This document shows positions 1 to 32,011 of a stretch of 41,706 nt of DNA, one piece after another. The translations under genes were made by a program, and so were the position numbers. A model generated the notes under the pieces. That model searched no databases. It had not been told where the DNA came from and saw nothing but the letters and a program-made list of their open reading frames with translations. Each line of letters begins with the position of its first letter. Within the stretch, counting starts at the first letter, position 1. The stretch lies in contig JAQGDQ010001426.1 of assembly GCA_030141605.1 (NCBI GenBank), forward strand, positions 1-41,706, written 5' to 3'. This stretch comes from Tubiluchus corallicola (taxonomy: Eukaryota > Animalia > Priapulida).

Positions 1-28
<28 letters not shown>
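1..28. repeat. (AT)n microsatellite at window start
   Basis: Pure AT dinucleotide run. Confidence 0.95.
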
Positions 29-31
<3 letters not shown>

Positions 32-89
32 TGCATAGTTTATATTTTAGTTTATAAAAAATAATAATTATCTTATTAGCTTTATTTTC

Positions 90-650
90 GACATAATTTA
101 CATGGCTCCAAGTAAGTTTCGAGTCAAAAATAATGCCCAGATGCTGTATATTATTGGCCACTTCAATTTCAGTATTGTCAACATATATATCTCTAAGGTT
201 TGATGGGAGTACTTTGCATGAATATAAAATTGCCTTAGTTTTATGAACAATTCATCATCAAGCGCCACCTGGACACCAAATTTGAATTATAGTAAGGTCA
301 CGATTGAAGCTATCAACTGCAAGGTTAATATTTTTGCTGGAACAAAGTAAGTTAGAATCATCTGCAAACAGGTGAACAGTATTTTCCAAGTTTGCAGGTA
401 TGTCATTAATGAACACCAGAAACAACAATGGACCAAGAATTGATCCTTGAGGAACACGTGCCTCCATGAGCTTCCATTCAAAAACAGTGCCTTTGTTGAC
501 GACTCTTTCGTGACGATAATCTAAATAGTTTTTAGCCAATCTAATAGTGGTCCTTGAACACCAGTAAAGACAAGCCCATCATGCCAAACTCCATCGAAAG
601 CTTTAGATATATGAAAGATGAACAGTCTAGATAGGTTTGACTATTACAAC
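90..650 (-). mobile_element. Degenerate non-LTR retrotransposon (CR1/L2-like) reverse transcriptase fragment
   Basis: Minus-strand translation across frameshifts gives ordered RT motifs: ISKAFDGVWHDGL, VPQGSILGPLLFLVFINDI, HLFADDS, HLGIIFDSKLTW. Confidence 0.9.
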
Positions 651-895
651 ACTAGTTTTCTAGCTCTTACGTTTACTAATTCTGTATATATAAATTATTG
701 TAATTTTTTTATTACAATTTTATTTAACTTTACTGCTTGTATTGTATGCGGTCCTACCTGCCTATATTAAAACTGAACTGAAATGAGTACAATAGAAGTA
801 GCCCATTTTTTAAGCAAACCGATGATTATTTAATTATATTTCATTAAATTTTAATTATTAGTGGGGCATAAGATGTTTCATGGTAACATAAATGA

Positions 896-2569
896 TTAAT
901 CTCCATATTGGCATATAAACATTAATGGATCATCTGGATTGTAGTAGCATATTCCATCGTAACCACATGGATCAGGCTCACATGGGTGCATGACACTGCA
1001 GTCATCTCCTAACCATTCTGGTCCACAGAAACAGTAGAAAGATTCCGACTGATGCTCAAAGCACGTTCCATTGTTCTTGCAAGGATATGAATCACATGGA
1101 CCTCCGCTTATTTCGCAAAGTTCGCCAATCCAACCGGAAGTGCATTTGCAAATTGCAATGCTGTCATCACTTTCCTCGACAAAACACTCGCCGCCATTCT
1201 GACAAGGATTCGGGAAACACGGATCGCTTACATCGCATCTTTCACCCAACCAACCGTCTGCGCATGCGCACGTGTACGTCCCGTTGCTTTCGTGACACGT
1301 GCCGCCATTTTGACATGGCTGAAAATCACACAGCAACTCTTGAACTTCCATCTGACATATGTACATCACAGGATTCCTAGTGTTAAGGTAGCAGATGCCA
1401 TCGAGACAAGGCGAGTTGTAACAAGGATCCCTCGTGGTGCATCTGCTGCCCAGCCATTCTGGAATGCAACGGCAATAATATTGATATCCATCATCAAAGC
1501 AGGTCCCGCCATTGTGGCATGGTGTGGAGTCACAAAAACCTCCACTTACTGGTTGATCACAAAGATCTCCGGTAAAGCCTGGGTCACACTTACAATAAGG
1601 TAGAGTAAAATTTTCTGGATTTGGTGCACAGTCACCATTAATGCAGAGCTCTGAGTCATATTCTAAACACGGATCAACAAAGTTGCAGTAGTAGCCCACG
1701 TAACCATCATCACATGTGCAGTTTGGTTTTGACGGATCATTGATGTAAGGCTCACAAACTCCATTTTCACAAGGATCTGGTCTACAGGGGTCTTCGAACT
1801 CACAAAAGTCTCCAATGTATCCTTCAAGACAGTCACAGTTAATTGTTGTATCGTTAATTTCCGAGCAGATGCCACCGTTCTGGCAAGGGTTTGGCAAACA
1901 AAGGTCAATGTCCTTTTCACAGAACTCTCCTTCAAATCCATCCGGACAATTGCAATCAGGAATTGATGGATCTGTGATATTTGGTGTGCATGTTCCTCCA
2001 TTCAAACAAGGTTCAGAGTTGCAAGGGTTTCTGATGTTGCAGTCATCTCCAACCCATTCCGGTCTACAATGACAGGTGTAGGAGTTATCCACCCTCCAAC
2101 ACGTCCCTCCATTCATACATGGGTTTGGCACACAAGTAAGATCAATGTCGCAGTGATCTCCATCCCACCCCTCGTGACAAATACACTGAGCTATCTCAGG
2201 ATCTTGTGGATGGAGATAGCAGTAACCATTAATACAGGGATTGTTTGCATCAGCGCATGGATCAATAAACTCACAGTTTTCTCCTGCAAATCCTTCTTCA
2301 CAAAGACACTGGTACTGACCAGGTGTGCTAGGATGTACCGCACATGTTCCATTGTTTTCACAAGGCTGTGGGTGACAAGGATCCTCTTTTTCACAATTGT
2401 CACCCGTCCATCCAGGCTCACAGAAGCAAATGTATCCATTCGGTGGTGGACCAGGAATACAAGTACCACCATTCTGGCAAGGTTCAGATGTACAATCTGC
2501 TGTGATTGCTACAATGAGACATAAACCAACACAAAGTCCTGGCAGCACTTTTCTATAAGAAGAATCCAT
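896..2569 (-). CDS. Secreted tandem EGF-like repeat protein (fibropellin/Notch-type EGF repeats), 557 aa, single coding exon
   Basis: Signal-peptide-like N-terminus (LPGLCVGLCLIVAITA); 12 six-Cys EGF units (CxxxPCxNGGxC...CxCxxGW/FxGxxC) plus two four-Cys units; no TM segment; acceptor tttcAG 9 nt upstream of the ATG (2580-2579) implies a 5' UTR intron. Confidence 0.93.
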   Translation of the reverse strand: MDSSYRKVLPGLCVGLCLIVAITADCTSEPCQNGGTCIPGPPPNGYICFCEPGWTGDNCEKEDPCHPQPCENNGTCAVHPSTPGQYQCLCEEGFAGENCEFIDPCADANNPCINGYCYLHPQDPEIAQCICHEGWDGDHCDIDLTCVPNPCMNGGTCWRVDNSYTCHCRPEWVGDDCNIRNPCNSEPCLNGGTCTPNITDPSIPDCNCPDGFEGEFCEKDIDLCLPNPCQNGGICSEINDTTINCDCLEGYIGDFCEFEDPCRPDPCENGVCEPYINDPSKPNCTCDDGYVGYYCNFVDPCLEYDSELCINGDCAPNPENFTLPYCKCDPGFTGDLCDQPVSGGFCDSTPCHNGGTCFDDGYQYYCRCIPEWLGSRCTTRDPCYNSPCLDGICYLNTRNPVMYICQMEVQELLCDFQPCQNGGTCHESNGTYTCACADGWLGERCDVSDPCFPNPCQNGGECFVEESDDSIAICKCTSGWIGELCEISGGPCDSYPCKNNGTCFEHQSESFYCFCGPEWLGDDCSVMHPCEPDPCGYDGICYYNPDDPLMFICQYGD

Positions 2570-2766
2570 TTTTATTCTCTGAAATCAATTAAAAATGTGT
2601 TAGTATCACTTATTTATATAGCCAAATTTATTTAGATTTAACTTTTTTAGTCCCTGTCATCTGAACAGTCGTCAGCAAAATGAACAAAACGTATCAGATA
2701 GTTAGTTAGTCGTAGTCCTACAACAATTCGAAGTAAATTGGAAAACAAATGTTGTTGTACACTTAA

Positions 2767-3219
2767 CCCTTTCAAACCCGTTGTATCCCGTGGGATACGA
2801 GAATATTTTCTGCCTTTAAAATTAATAAAATTTTAAAACTGGCAGTTATTTGATTTGTTAATAGTTATTTTGATTTAAGCCAATAACAATAGACTAAAAA
2901 TAGTGATAAAATGGCAAACTAGAAAATCTACATCTAAAAACTGTGCAAGGTACAGTACTTTAGAGACGACTTTGTACAGATCAGCATAGCATGCATACTA
3001 AATGTCTTAAATAGTTTAATAAATTATCAACAGTTGCAAAATGAAACACATTTTATGCTTCCATTGAATCCCAATGTATCCCGTGGGATACAGGCTATAT
3101 TTAGCACACGGGCACAGGTAGAAAAAAAATTTTATGTGTAAACAAGATGGACACACTGAACAAAAGTACCAAGCCAAAAAAATTTTTTTTATTAAAAAAA
3201 TAATTTGGGACTGAAAGGG
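2767..3219. mobile_element. piggyBac-like non-autonomous element (MITE), copy 1
   Basis: TTAA on both sides (2763-2766, 3220-3223), TIR CCCTTTCA/TGAAAGGG; highly similar copy at 33696-34146. Confidence 0.85.
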
Positions 3220-3803
3220 TTAACGTATTCTAACGTATCAGCGCTTTTTAAATTTTAAAAGTTAATAGTTTCTGTTTTATTATCATTTGATGCTTAATTT
3301 TCAATTAATAGAAACCAGTTGCCCTTTGACCTTTCAGTTTAACAGTTTAACGGTTTATTGTTTGCAAGCTTTCATCGCAATATTAAAATACTATCAAAGG
3401 TGATGTACTAAAATAACAGAAAATCACCTAAAATGTAAAAATCACTTTAAATTATCACAAGAAGAATCATCAGTAAAAATTGCATGATCGCACTAGTAAT
3501 TATTATTATTATTCTTTATTTAATATTCTAAATTATACACATATACAAATATTTACATAAAATACATACAGTGACCCTCTATTTGCAGGGTATTGTTAAA
3601 AAACTTTGTGAATAAAATAGCTGTTACATTCATAAGACTTTTATATACCAATAAATCACGGATATACCAATAATATAAAAGAACAACTAAAATCAAATAG
3701 CACCAGTTTACAAAAAACGACCTGTATAATATAAAAGTGACTAGAAACAGAAAAATTAGATGTCTACAGATTTGTTCTGTTGCGCAAAGTTTAATATTTT
3801 ATA

Positions 3804-4021
3804 CTAAAGTTTGTAAAAACGAATCACAAACTAACTCAGTGAAAGCATCTAGCAGGTTTTTGTCACGAGAGGTGTAAATTTTACTAATGTTCTGAGATTG
3901 TAGGACATTTGCAAGCGCTAATCTTTTATTTTCATCGACCAGAGTAGAATTAAACCTTGTGACAAAAACGTGCTAGATGCTTTCACTGAGTTAGTTTGTG
4001 ATTCGTTTTTACAAACACTAG
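3804..4021. mobile_element. Small MITE with ~63-bp terminal inverted repeats and TA flanks (Tc1/mariner-like)
   Basis: 3804-3866 is the near-perfect reverse complement of 3959-4021; TA on both flanks. Confidence 0.7.
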
Positions 4022-4388
4022 TAAAAAGTCCTAGCATAAAATAGTGGACCAAAAAATTACACATATGCTTGCTGAAACAAGTGAGTCTTAAATAGTTTCT
4101 CAATTTCTTTAAAATTTGTAACAAGTTTTAGATTCACAGACAACTGGTTCCATAGGCTCTGTACCCAAATATTATACACTTAGTTTTTGGTATCTTAAGA
4201 CATACGTCGAAGTAATAAACTCGAACATCTCTGTCAAATACGATGGATGCTTCCCGTTTTAGTGATTTAAACGTAACAACAAGAAATATAAATTATGTAC
4301 GATATTGATACGATATTTTAAATGAAACGAATAAAATTTAATCTAATCGAATCTAACCTGTGTCACCTCGAAAATTTTGACCGTCTGT

Positions 4389-4603
<215 letters not shown>

Positions 4604-4638
4604 ATTACTTATGGTACAGTTAAATTAATATACCGATA

Positions 4639-4949
4639 CTACACCCACCGCTGAACGGGCTATCTATCCATACCCAGCACCCCCCTCGCCCCGTTCCCGT
4701 TCTCTACATCTCAGCCGTATAACTTTTGCAAAAAAGGGCCGAAAATGGCCATTTTTGGATGTTTTTCGCCCCCCCCCTTCCTTCCGGTGGGCCCCATTCG
4801 AAAAATAAACCATCAATGGCACGACACTAGATCGAGACCTTTCGTTTGATGTATAGATCGCCGCAAATGGTGCCCTCACCCGGGCTGTAGTCTCGAATAT
4901 TATATATATATATATGTATATAACATACCAAGAATATTAATATAAGAGA
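4639..4949 (-). mobile_element. Possible non-autonomous Helitron-like element
   Basis: GC-rich island; on minus it begins A|TC, has a (TA)n tract near the 5' end and ends GTAG|T after a weak GC hairpin (canonical end is CTRR|T). Confidence 0.4.
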
Positions 4950-5815
4950 TACACAATACAGAGAGCTCTTGTTTATGTAATCGCTCGTGAACTATCACTG
5001 AAATGACTGTTTCTAAAGCGTGACTACCGTTTTACTAACCAGTTAACTCAAAAGTCCCCCCTTTTGAACATTACCACTTCACTTAGATACATTTATTAGA
5101 TAGAGGAGACACAAATGAATCCTGGTTGAGCAGTTATTGGCTAATATGCTTAATCAGTCGGATGTGGAACGTTCAAAGGTTTAATTTAATGTATGTCATC
5201 AATTTTTTTCATCGGCTGGGGCGGATCCAGGCATTGGCTCACAGTATTTGATGCACCCCAACCAAAAGAAATTTCTAGTTCTTCCACTCTTTTTTCCACG
5301 CTCAGGAAAAAACTAACGCCGTTTTCAATCTGTTTTTGCATCTTCAAGAAAATTTCCTAGGATTAGTAAAAGCAAAGTACCATTCCCTAATCTCACTGTA
5401 TCAACTTAAGTGACGTCAACGAATTGTTGCTTGCAAGTCTTAAACACGATGCAAGACATTCATATGTAAGTGGGTTCAAATCAAACGCTTATCATTTAGT
5501 GTGAAAATGCCAGCACGCCTTTCTCCAAGGCTTATCAAAAACTAACAGAAACTTCTGTTCAGTACTACTTGCGACATCTGTTTTCCCAAGTAATTTAGTC
5601 AGCTGTTAACACTCAGTGGCCATGCGAACAAGTCTGAGATAACACGCTATAATCTGCTGCTAGGTAGAAAAGTACTGTCTCTATCACAGTAACAATTGCC
5701 ACGTGCTTTTACCGTGTACCGTCACATTCTTGGCTCTGATAAAGTGTAAACTTAGCTCGTGTGCTTAAAACACAAATTATTTAATAATGGACGCCTTGCA
5801 TCCCCAAGAAATAAG

Positions 5816-6022
5816 TTCTGTGACTGTAAGTGAACTACAACAGCTTAACTTTTCACACTTGTCTGTCTCTCCATGAGAAAGTTGCAGTTAAGAAAAGAGG
5901 TCGTTTTGCACCTGATCTTCAAATAATAACTACAACATTGAAATTACATATGTGTGTCTCATTTTACACAGCACGAAAAACAATGGCTAAAAATTTTCTG
6001 AACCAGCACCGTCACTAATTTT
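5816..6022 (+). repeat. Dispersed repeat, copy 1 (uninterrupted)
   Basis: Aligns by eye with 7620-7749 joined to 8129-8200. Confidence 0.8.
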
Positions 6023-6024
6023 AC

Positions 6025-6380
<356 letters not shown>

Positions 6381-6431
6381 TGAAATTTCATCAACAACAT
6401 TTTACTTTTCCATTTTTCACATGAATTTTAG

Positions 6432-17913
<11,482 letters not shown>

Positions 17914-18898
17914 CACAAGATGTATTGAGCTTAGTACGACAAAACAAAGGCGAATAAGTTAACAGGATGTATAAGAAATTGTACTAGACGTTTAGAACTT
18001 TGTGTGAAAACCGTTTCAAGTGTATTGAAATGGATACAAAACACCAGTTTAACGTGTTGACCAAAAGTTTCTTTATTCTGAAATACAATTATTAACATTT
18101 AGTTTAATTTGTATTGAGTTGAAGAAAATTAGTTGCATGATTAAATGTATTGCTATAACTCAGAACTGATATAAAAATTATGTAAACTATATTGAAATTA
18201 ATTAACAACAACTTACATTGTTAGAAAAGTTACAAAGACAGGAATGAGAACTCCAAGTTGCCTTAAGAACAACAATGTCACAACAATAAATTCGTAAGAA
18301 ATTCACAGTCATAATGCTCATCACAGTCAGAAAAATAGAGCAATGGCGGAGAGAACCAAAAGACGGGTAAAATGTCATACAACTATTACAGCTATAGCTC
18401 ACCAAAGGCCTTAATGCTAATGTATTCAAGGATATTAGGTGCTTCAGTTTTAAAAGAGTGACTACTGTAAAAGGTAAAAAGCCTACTAAATAAACAAACA
18501 GGTGGCAGCACCGTGGCAGTAATTGAGAACTAAATTAAAACCAAAAAAGGGCCAATGCACCCACTACATGTATTGCCAAATGCTTCGGTTGCCTCGTGAC
18601 GTCAGTGAATTAGTAGATGGTAGTTGTCAGAGAGTAATATCAGTAGGTATGTTCACGCGCTGCTTTAGAAAATTTTTAGCCATTGTTTTAATACTGTGTA
18701 AAACGAAACAAACATATGTAATTGTAATTTTAAACAAACAAACGTATGAAAGTTTGTACGTAAACTTTATAAAATCCTAAAAAATTGCTTACGAGTATCC
18801 TAAATTGTTGCAGTTCACGCTTGATCTATTCACGGTAAGTATGTGACAGCTGACAACAAACTGTGTGAGTGACAGTACTTTCTCTACTTGGCCTCTTA

Positions 18899-19290
18899 CA
18901 TCATCATCATCATACGCCCGTCACGTCTATTGTAGACATTGGGCAGGCAGAATTCTAAAATAAAAGAAATCTGCCTTCAGACAGGTAAACGCAGCAATAA
19001 TCCAGCAAGAAACTAGACACTGCTACGCCAGTGGCTTGTCAGCACCACTTCCGATTAAATCATGGTCCCTGACATGTACACGTGACAGCATGCGCACAAC
19101 AGCCAAACTTCGCTGGAGCACACTGTGCTGGGCTGTGAAGCAAACAGTACTACCCTCACGTGCTCCGGTTCCGTACAAACACAAAGAGAGAACTAAAGAA
19201 AAAGACTTATTGAATAGTATCAATAATATTGAGTGAAAACAGATGGCGCTGCAGTTCCACAATACCCATACACGAGTCGCCATTGACAAA
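18899..19290 (-). mobile_element. Retroposon (SINE or LINE 3' end) with (GAT)n tail; 5' limit uncertain
   Basis: Same 3' ~160 bp as the insertion at 12690-12850. Confidence 0.65.
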
Positions 19291-19734
19291 ACGTGTCCAT
19301 TAAGTATAGAGAAAAGTTCCAGTAGCAGTTATTAATAATCAATTTATTTTGTGCATCACGTAGCTCAAAACATGATCAAATTACCATCTTTAGTATATTT
19401 TTCTTAAAGTGAAATGCTAATCTGTGCAGTACTGCTGTTCAGAAATTACGTTTTGTTACTATGGTAACGCAATTTGCTATTATCCTGTTTTATATTTTGT
19501 AAAGTAATAAAAAAAATTGTGTGTGAACAATTTGAATTTTATTTTTGTATATTTCAATGTCAAATAATAAAGAATCGTATGAAAATTATATGTTATACTC
19601 AAACAAATAAGGCCCATAAACAAGCATTGACTGTATCATGCAAATACGGGTCGTCCAGAAAAAAACGAAAACAACTGCAGTTGAACAACCTCCTAAGTTT
19701 TTGTTCATTGTCGGAACACCACGGAGAAAACACA

Positions 19735-19925
19735 TTAGGGACGCTTATTGGGGGGTTTGGAGGGAAAATTTGGAGTTCTCGGGGAAGAGGAGAAACCGGG
19801 CTGCACGATGTACGTTTTCCGTGAAATTAGAGACGCTTATTGGGGGGTTTGGGGGGGGAGGGAAAACTTGGAGCTCTCGGGAAAGAGGAGAAACAGGGCT
19901 GCACGATGTACGTTTTCTGTGAAAT
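19735..19925. repeat. ~95-bp tandem duplication (2 copies)
   Basis: GACGCTTATTGGGGG...CTGCACGATGTACGTTTTCYGTGAAAT occurs twice. Confidence 0.9.
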
Positions 19926-20003
19926 GTTGTAGAACGGAAATGATTAACAATGACATGATTTTTGAATTACGAAATTCGTGTTCAAGTTTTGTTGTTTGTT
20001 GTG

Positions 20004-20039
<36 letters not shown>

Positions 20040-20311
20040 CCACCACCACCATCATCATTATCATCACCACCACCACCATCATAATTATGATCATCATCAC
20101 CACCACCACCACCATCATCATCATCATTATCATCATCATCATCATCATCACCACCACCATCATAATTATCATCATCATGATCACCACCACCACCACCATC
20201 ATCATCATCACTGTAATCATCATCACCTCCACCACCATCATCATCATCATCATCATCATCGCCATCATCACTGTAATCATCGTCATCATCATCACCATCA
20301 TCATCATCATC
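20004..20311. repeat. (CAT/CAC)n microsatellite
   Basis: Direct reading. Confidence 0.95.
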
Positions 20312-20466
20312 AGTGCCTGTAATTTGTGGTCAAAATTGCATGTACATTGTTTTTGTAATTAATGCTCACTCTAAATCAGTAACACAATTGCTTCCTGTTT
20401 ACTAATTGTTCATGCTTTGCAGGGAGGACATGATTATGGACAGCATTGTATTAACAACAATAGCAA

Positions 20467-20472
20467 TTTATT
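20467..20472 (-). terminator. Candidate polyadenylation signal of the sulfotransferase
   Basis: AATAAA on minus ~50 nt after the stop codon. Confidence 0.5.
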
Positions 20473-20522
20473 ATAATAATATAGAAAAAAATTGAGGTAA
20501 CAGATGTAGGCTAATACTGCAA

Positions 20523-28826
<8,304 letters not shown>

Positions 28827-28855
28827 GACTGTCGGCTTGTTAAGATAAAATTTAT

Positions 28856-29068
28856 TAAATTACGACTCCATGTGCGCGTAATGCGTGATCCGTAATGCGT
28901 AATGCGTATTCAGACGACAGCCATCACATTCGAGTGAATGCGTATCCTGTATTACGCATTACGTACACATGGAAACACTTCCGCGTGTTTAAATATATAC
29001 TGTTGTATACGCATTAAGCATTACGGATACCGCATCACGCATTATGTGCACGTGGAGTCGCACCTTTA
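28856..29068. mobile_element. Palindromic MITE (PIF/Harbinger-like) with TAATGCG modules
   Basis: CGACTCCATGTGCGCGTAATGCGTGAT vs ATCACGCATTATGTGCACGTGGAGTCG inverted arms. Confidence 0.7.
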
Positions 29069-29139
29069 GACATGTATTAACACTGCCACGGTTCATTGTT
29101 TTCCTAATGGGGTTCACTAAAATTGCGCAATCATGAGCG

Positions 29140-29220
29140 TTATAAGCGCATTGACACCGCAATCGGTTGCGTACTTGCTTTCTGCGTGAAAGGTCGTGGG
29201 TTCAAATCTACGGCGCATCG
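29140..29220 (+). mobile_element. Decayed tRNA-derived sequence (SINE head-like)
   Basis: B-box GGTTCAAATC preceded by AGGTCGTG; A-box and stems degenerate. Confidence 0.45.
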
Positions 29221-29265
29221 CGGCAAACACATGAAAATGATGCAGTCGGGATTTTTTTTAATTAA

Positions 29266-29555
29266 AGGAAAATCGGATGATTATGTAAACACGAGTTCAG
29301 AATAAAGAATGCTCTAAAATATTGAAAACTACAATAGCTTATCTTAAATCAAACCTTAGATTAAATAATAATTACCTCGGATACTGAAATTTTGTTAAAC
29401 TTTCAAAGCTACGCGCGGCTCAGTGAATCTACTAAGATTGGCAGGAGCGCCTATTTGTCAGATTCGCGTGGTCGACAAATAGAAGACGGTACTGTGATAA
29501 GCATGATCATGAACTGCAGTGTTAGTTTCTAACGTCATATGACGTAGAGCCCATA
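29266..29555 (-). mobile_element. Kolobok-like non-autonomous element, partial inverted copy of 38755-39061
   Basis: Reverse complement of ~38775-39061; TTAA|AGG end. Confidence 0.7.
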
Positions 29556-30131
29556 TAAAATGCTAAACAATAGTATCATGAATAATGTAGTACTAAGTAT
29601 GAGCACACGCATATGTCAATTAACTTCAATGCACAACATGAACAAATAAACGAGAAATAGACTGTATAACGAAAATTCAATATACGTTTTTTATGTTTTT
29701 TTTAAATCTTTTGGCCTACTTAACGAAAACTGGTCAATTCTATGTAAATAAAAACCAACTAAAATTCACTGCTACTCCATGCCTTTACATTAAATATTAG
29801 ATTTACATTTAATAGATTTATTTCACAATAAACATATACATATACATTACATGTGCATCGATAATCAGTTTTTGTTAATACAAAAATATGATACAATTCA
29901 TGAATTCTGCGCTAGCGGCCTAAGAAGCTAGCTTATGGTAGGCCACTAGAATTAGTTACGAAAAAATTACAATATATACAGATACAATATTACAATATAT
30001 ACAATTATAAATACGGGCGGGAAGTAATAAAAATATTATTATACTAGAGGGGAAGTTTTTGAAAATGAAAAGCATCAAAAACAACAATAGCCAAAAATAG
30101 GCGGACTTTAAAGCTACATAATAAATCTTAC

Positions 30132-30205
30132 CTGGTATTGTACTTGTCCACCAAAACTACAACCTATTTCCTGTTTCTATGCTGGTAAACTGTGCCACGA
30201 CTGTA
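30132..30205 (-). other. Candidate non-coding first exon of the sulfotransferase
   Basis: CCAG|GTAAGA donor at 30132/30131 and TTATAT at ~30238; no transcript evidence. Confidence 0.35.
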
Positions 30206-30279
30206 ACTTTAACGTGTTACTGAAATAGGTGCATATAACTAGACCGTTAAGCTTCACTAATCACGCTTTGAAATAACTA

Positions 30280-30697
30280 TACTTCTAAAAATGCTTGATA
30301 ACTCTTGTTTACTCGTGTGTGATGGTCAATAATGTTGTTGTTATTGGACTGTACCAGGACTTGGCTGTGCTTTGTATTGCTAGAATTATCCCTGAATCTT
30401 TGAGAGAAATTATCCCTAAATCTTTGGTAGAAATTTTATAGCGTACGAGCAACATAATTTGTAACGTTTAAAACACTTTAAAGCCTAAAAAAATACTTCT
30501 AAAAATGCTTGATAACTCTTGTTTGTGTGATGGTCAATAATGTTATTGTTATTGGACTGTATCAGGACTGGGCTGTGCTTTGTATTGCTAGAATTATCCC
30601 TGAATCTTTGAGAGAATATTCCTAAATCTTTGGTAGAAATTTTATAGCGCACGAGCAACATAATTTGTAACCTTTAAAACACTTTAAAACCTAAAAT
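30280..30697. repeat. ~210-bp tandem duplication (2 copies)
   Basis: TACTTCTAAAAATGCTTGATAACTC...AAAACACTTTAAA occurs twice. Confidence 0.9.
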
Positions 30698-31072
30698 TTA
30701 CTGTATCATTTGCCATGAGGCGTTTATACATAAAGTATAAATAGCGATAGAAATGATAGCCCCCGATAGTGAAAAGTAATCACAAACATATATACACATA
30801 TTTTTACTTATCGTAATATTTTTTAATTTGTCTTTTAAAATTTTTTTTCCACTTTTTATCGTCAGAAATAAAAAACACAAAAATTAATAAAGTTTTTGAA
30901 TAAATGAGTCATCTCTTGACACCATTCTCATTGAAAAGCCAATCACTGTAATATATCGGTCCTCTGTCCATTAATTGGCCTTCAAAATTTCGAATGACTG
31001 TAGTACTAGATAATTAAGATAAGTGTCTAAACGTTCATTACTCAAAATTAAATGTTCTTTCTTTATCTTATT

Positions 31073-31500
31073 CTGTTGTTGTGGTTGTTGTTCTTGTTCT
31101 TCTTGTTCTTCTTCTTCTTCTGCTTCTTCTTCTTGTTTTTGTTGTTGTTGTTCTTGTTCTTGCTGTTGTTGTTGTTGCTGTTGTTCTTGTTTCTGTTGTT
31201 GATCTTTTAGTTGTTGTTGTTGTTGTTGTTGCTGCAGCTGTTGTTGTTGTTGCTCTTGCAGTTGTTGCTGCTCTGTTGTTGTTGTTGTTGTTGTTGCTAC
31301 TGTTGCTGCTGCTACTGGTGTTGTTGTTGTTGCCGCTGCTGCTACTGCTACTGCTGTTGCTGTTGTTGTTGTTGCTGCTCTTGCAGTTGTTGCTGCTCTG
31401 TTGTTGTTGTTGTTGTTCTTGTGGCTACTGCTGCTGCTACTGCTACTGGTGTTGTTGTTGTTGTTGCTGCTGCTGCTGCTGTTGTTGTTGTTGTTGTTGT
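31073..31500. repeat. (GTT/GCT/CTT)n microsatellite
   Basis: Direct reading. Confidence 0.95.
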
Positions 31501-32011
31501 AAATAGTATTATCGTTAATACTAATCATTATTAACACTTTTTATTAATTATTATTAATATTATTATTCATTTATTCAGTTAGCAATGACCATTTAAATGT
31601 TTTGCAAAGTGTAATTATCTGTAAAAGCAGGCATTTTACGTGACAGTAAATGATTGACAGTGGGATATAAAAAATATTCAAATATAATACAATAAAATGT
31701 TAGTTTACCATACTCATATCGGGTTCGAGCCGTCCAAGGGTTGTTGTAATTCCCCCTGGCGGCGAAAATCCGGCGAGAACTCTGGCGGCGAGAATCTGAA
31801 CAATATCTGCATACTTTAATCTATATTTTCGCATCTCAAATTAAATATTGTTATCAAAATGGTCTGGTGGGACAACGTGATCAATCAACAGTTAAATTTA
31901 GAAAAAAGAAGCTCTGAAAAATTGTGTGTTAATCCGGATGCGAACTCAGAAGCTCGTGAAATGAAGCCACACGCTCTAGCTAGAGCAATCAACTCGTACG
32001 GTTAAAGCAGA

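Noticed and set aside
1087-2524. Overlapping ORFs on other frames of the EGF gene
   Set aside because: Shadow ORFs of the real CDS with no recognisable motifs.
896-2569. Calling the EGF protein Notch, Delta, Crumbs or fibropellin
   Set aside because: No DSL, LNR, laminin-G, CUB, avidin or TM domain; EGF similarity alone does not give orthology.
29140-32000. tRNA genes at ~29140-29220 (+) and ~31930-32000 (-)
   Set aside because: Only B-box-like remnants; cloverleaf stems do not pair, so they are more likely SINE-derived.
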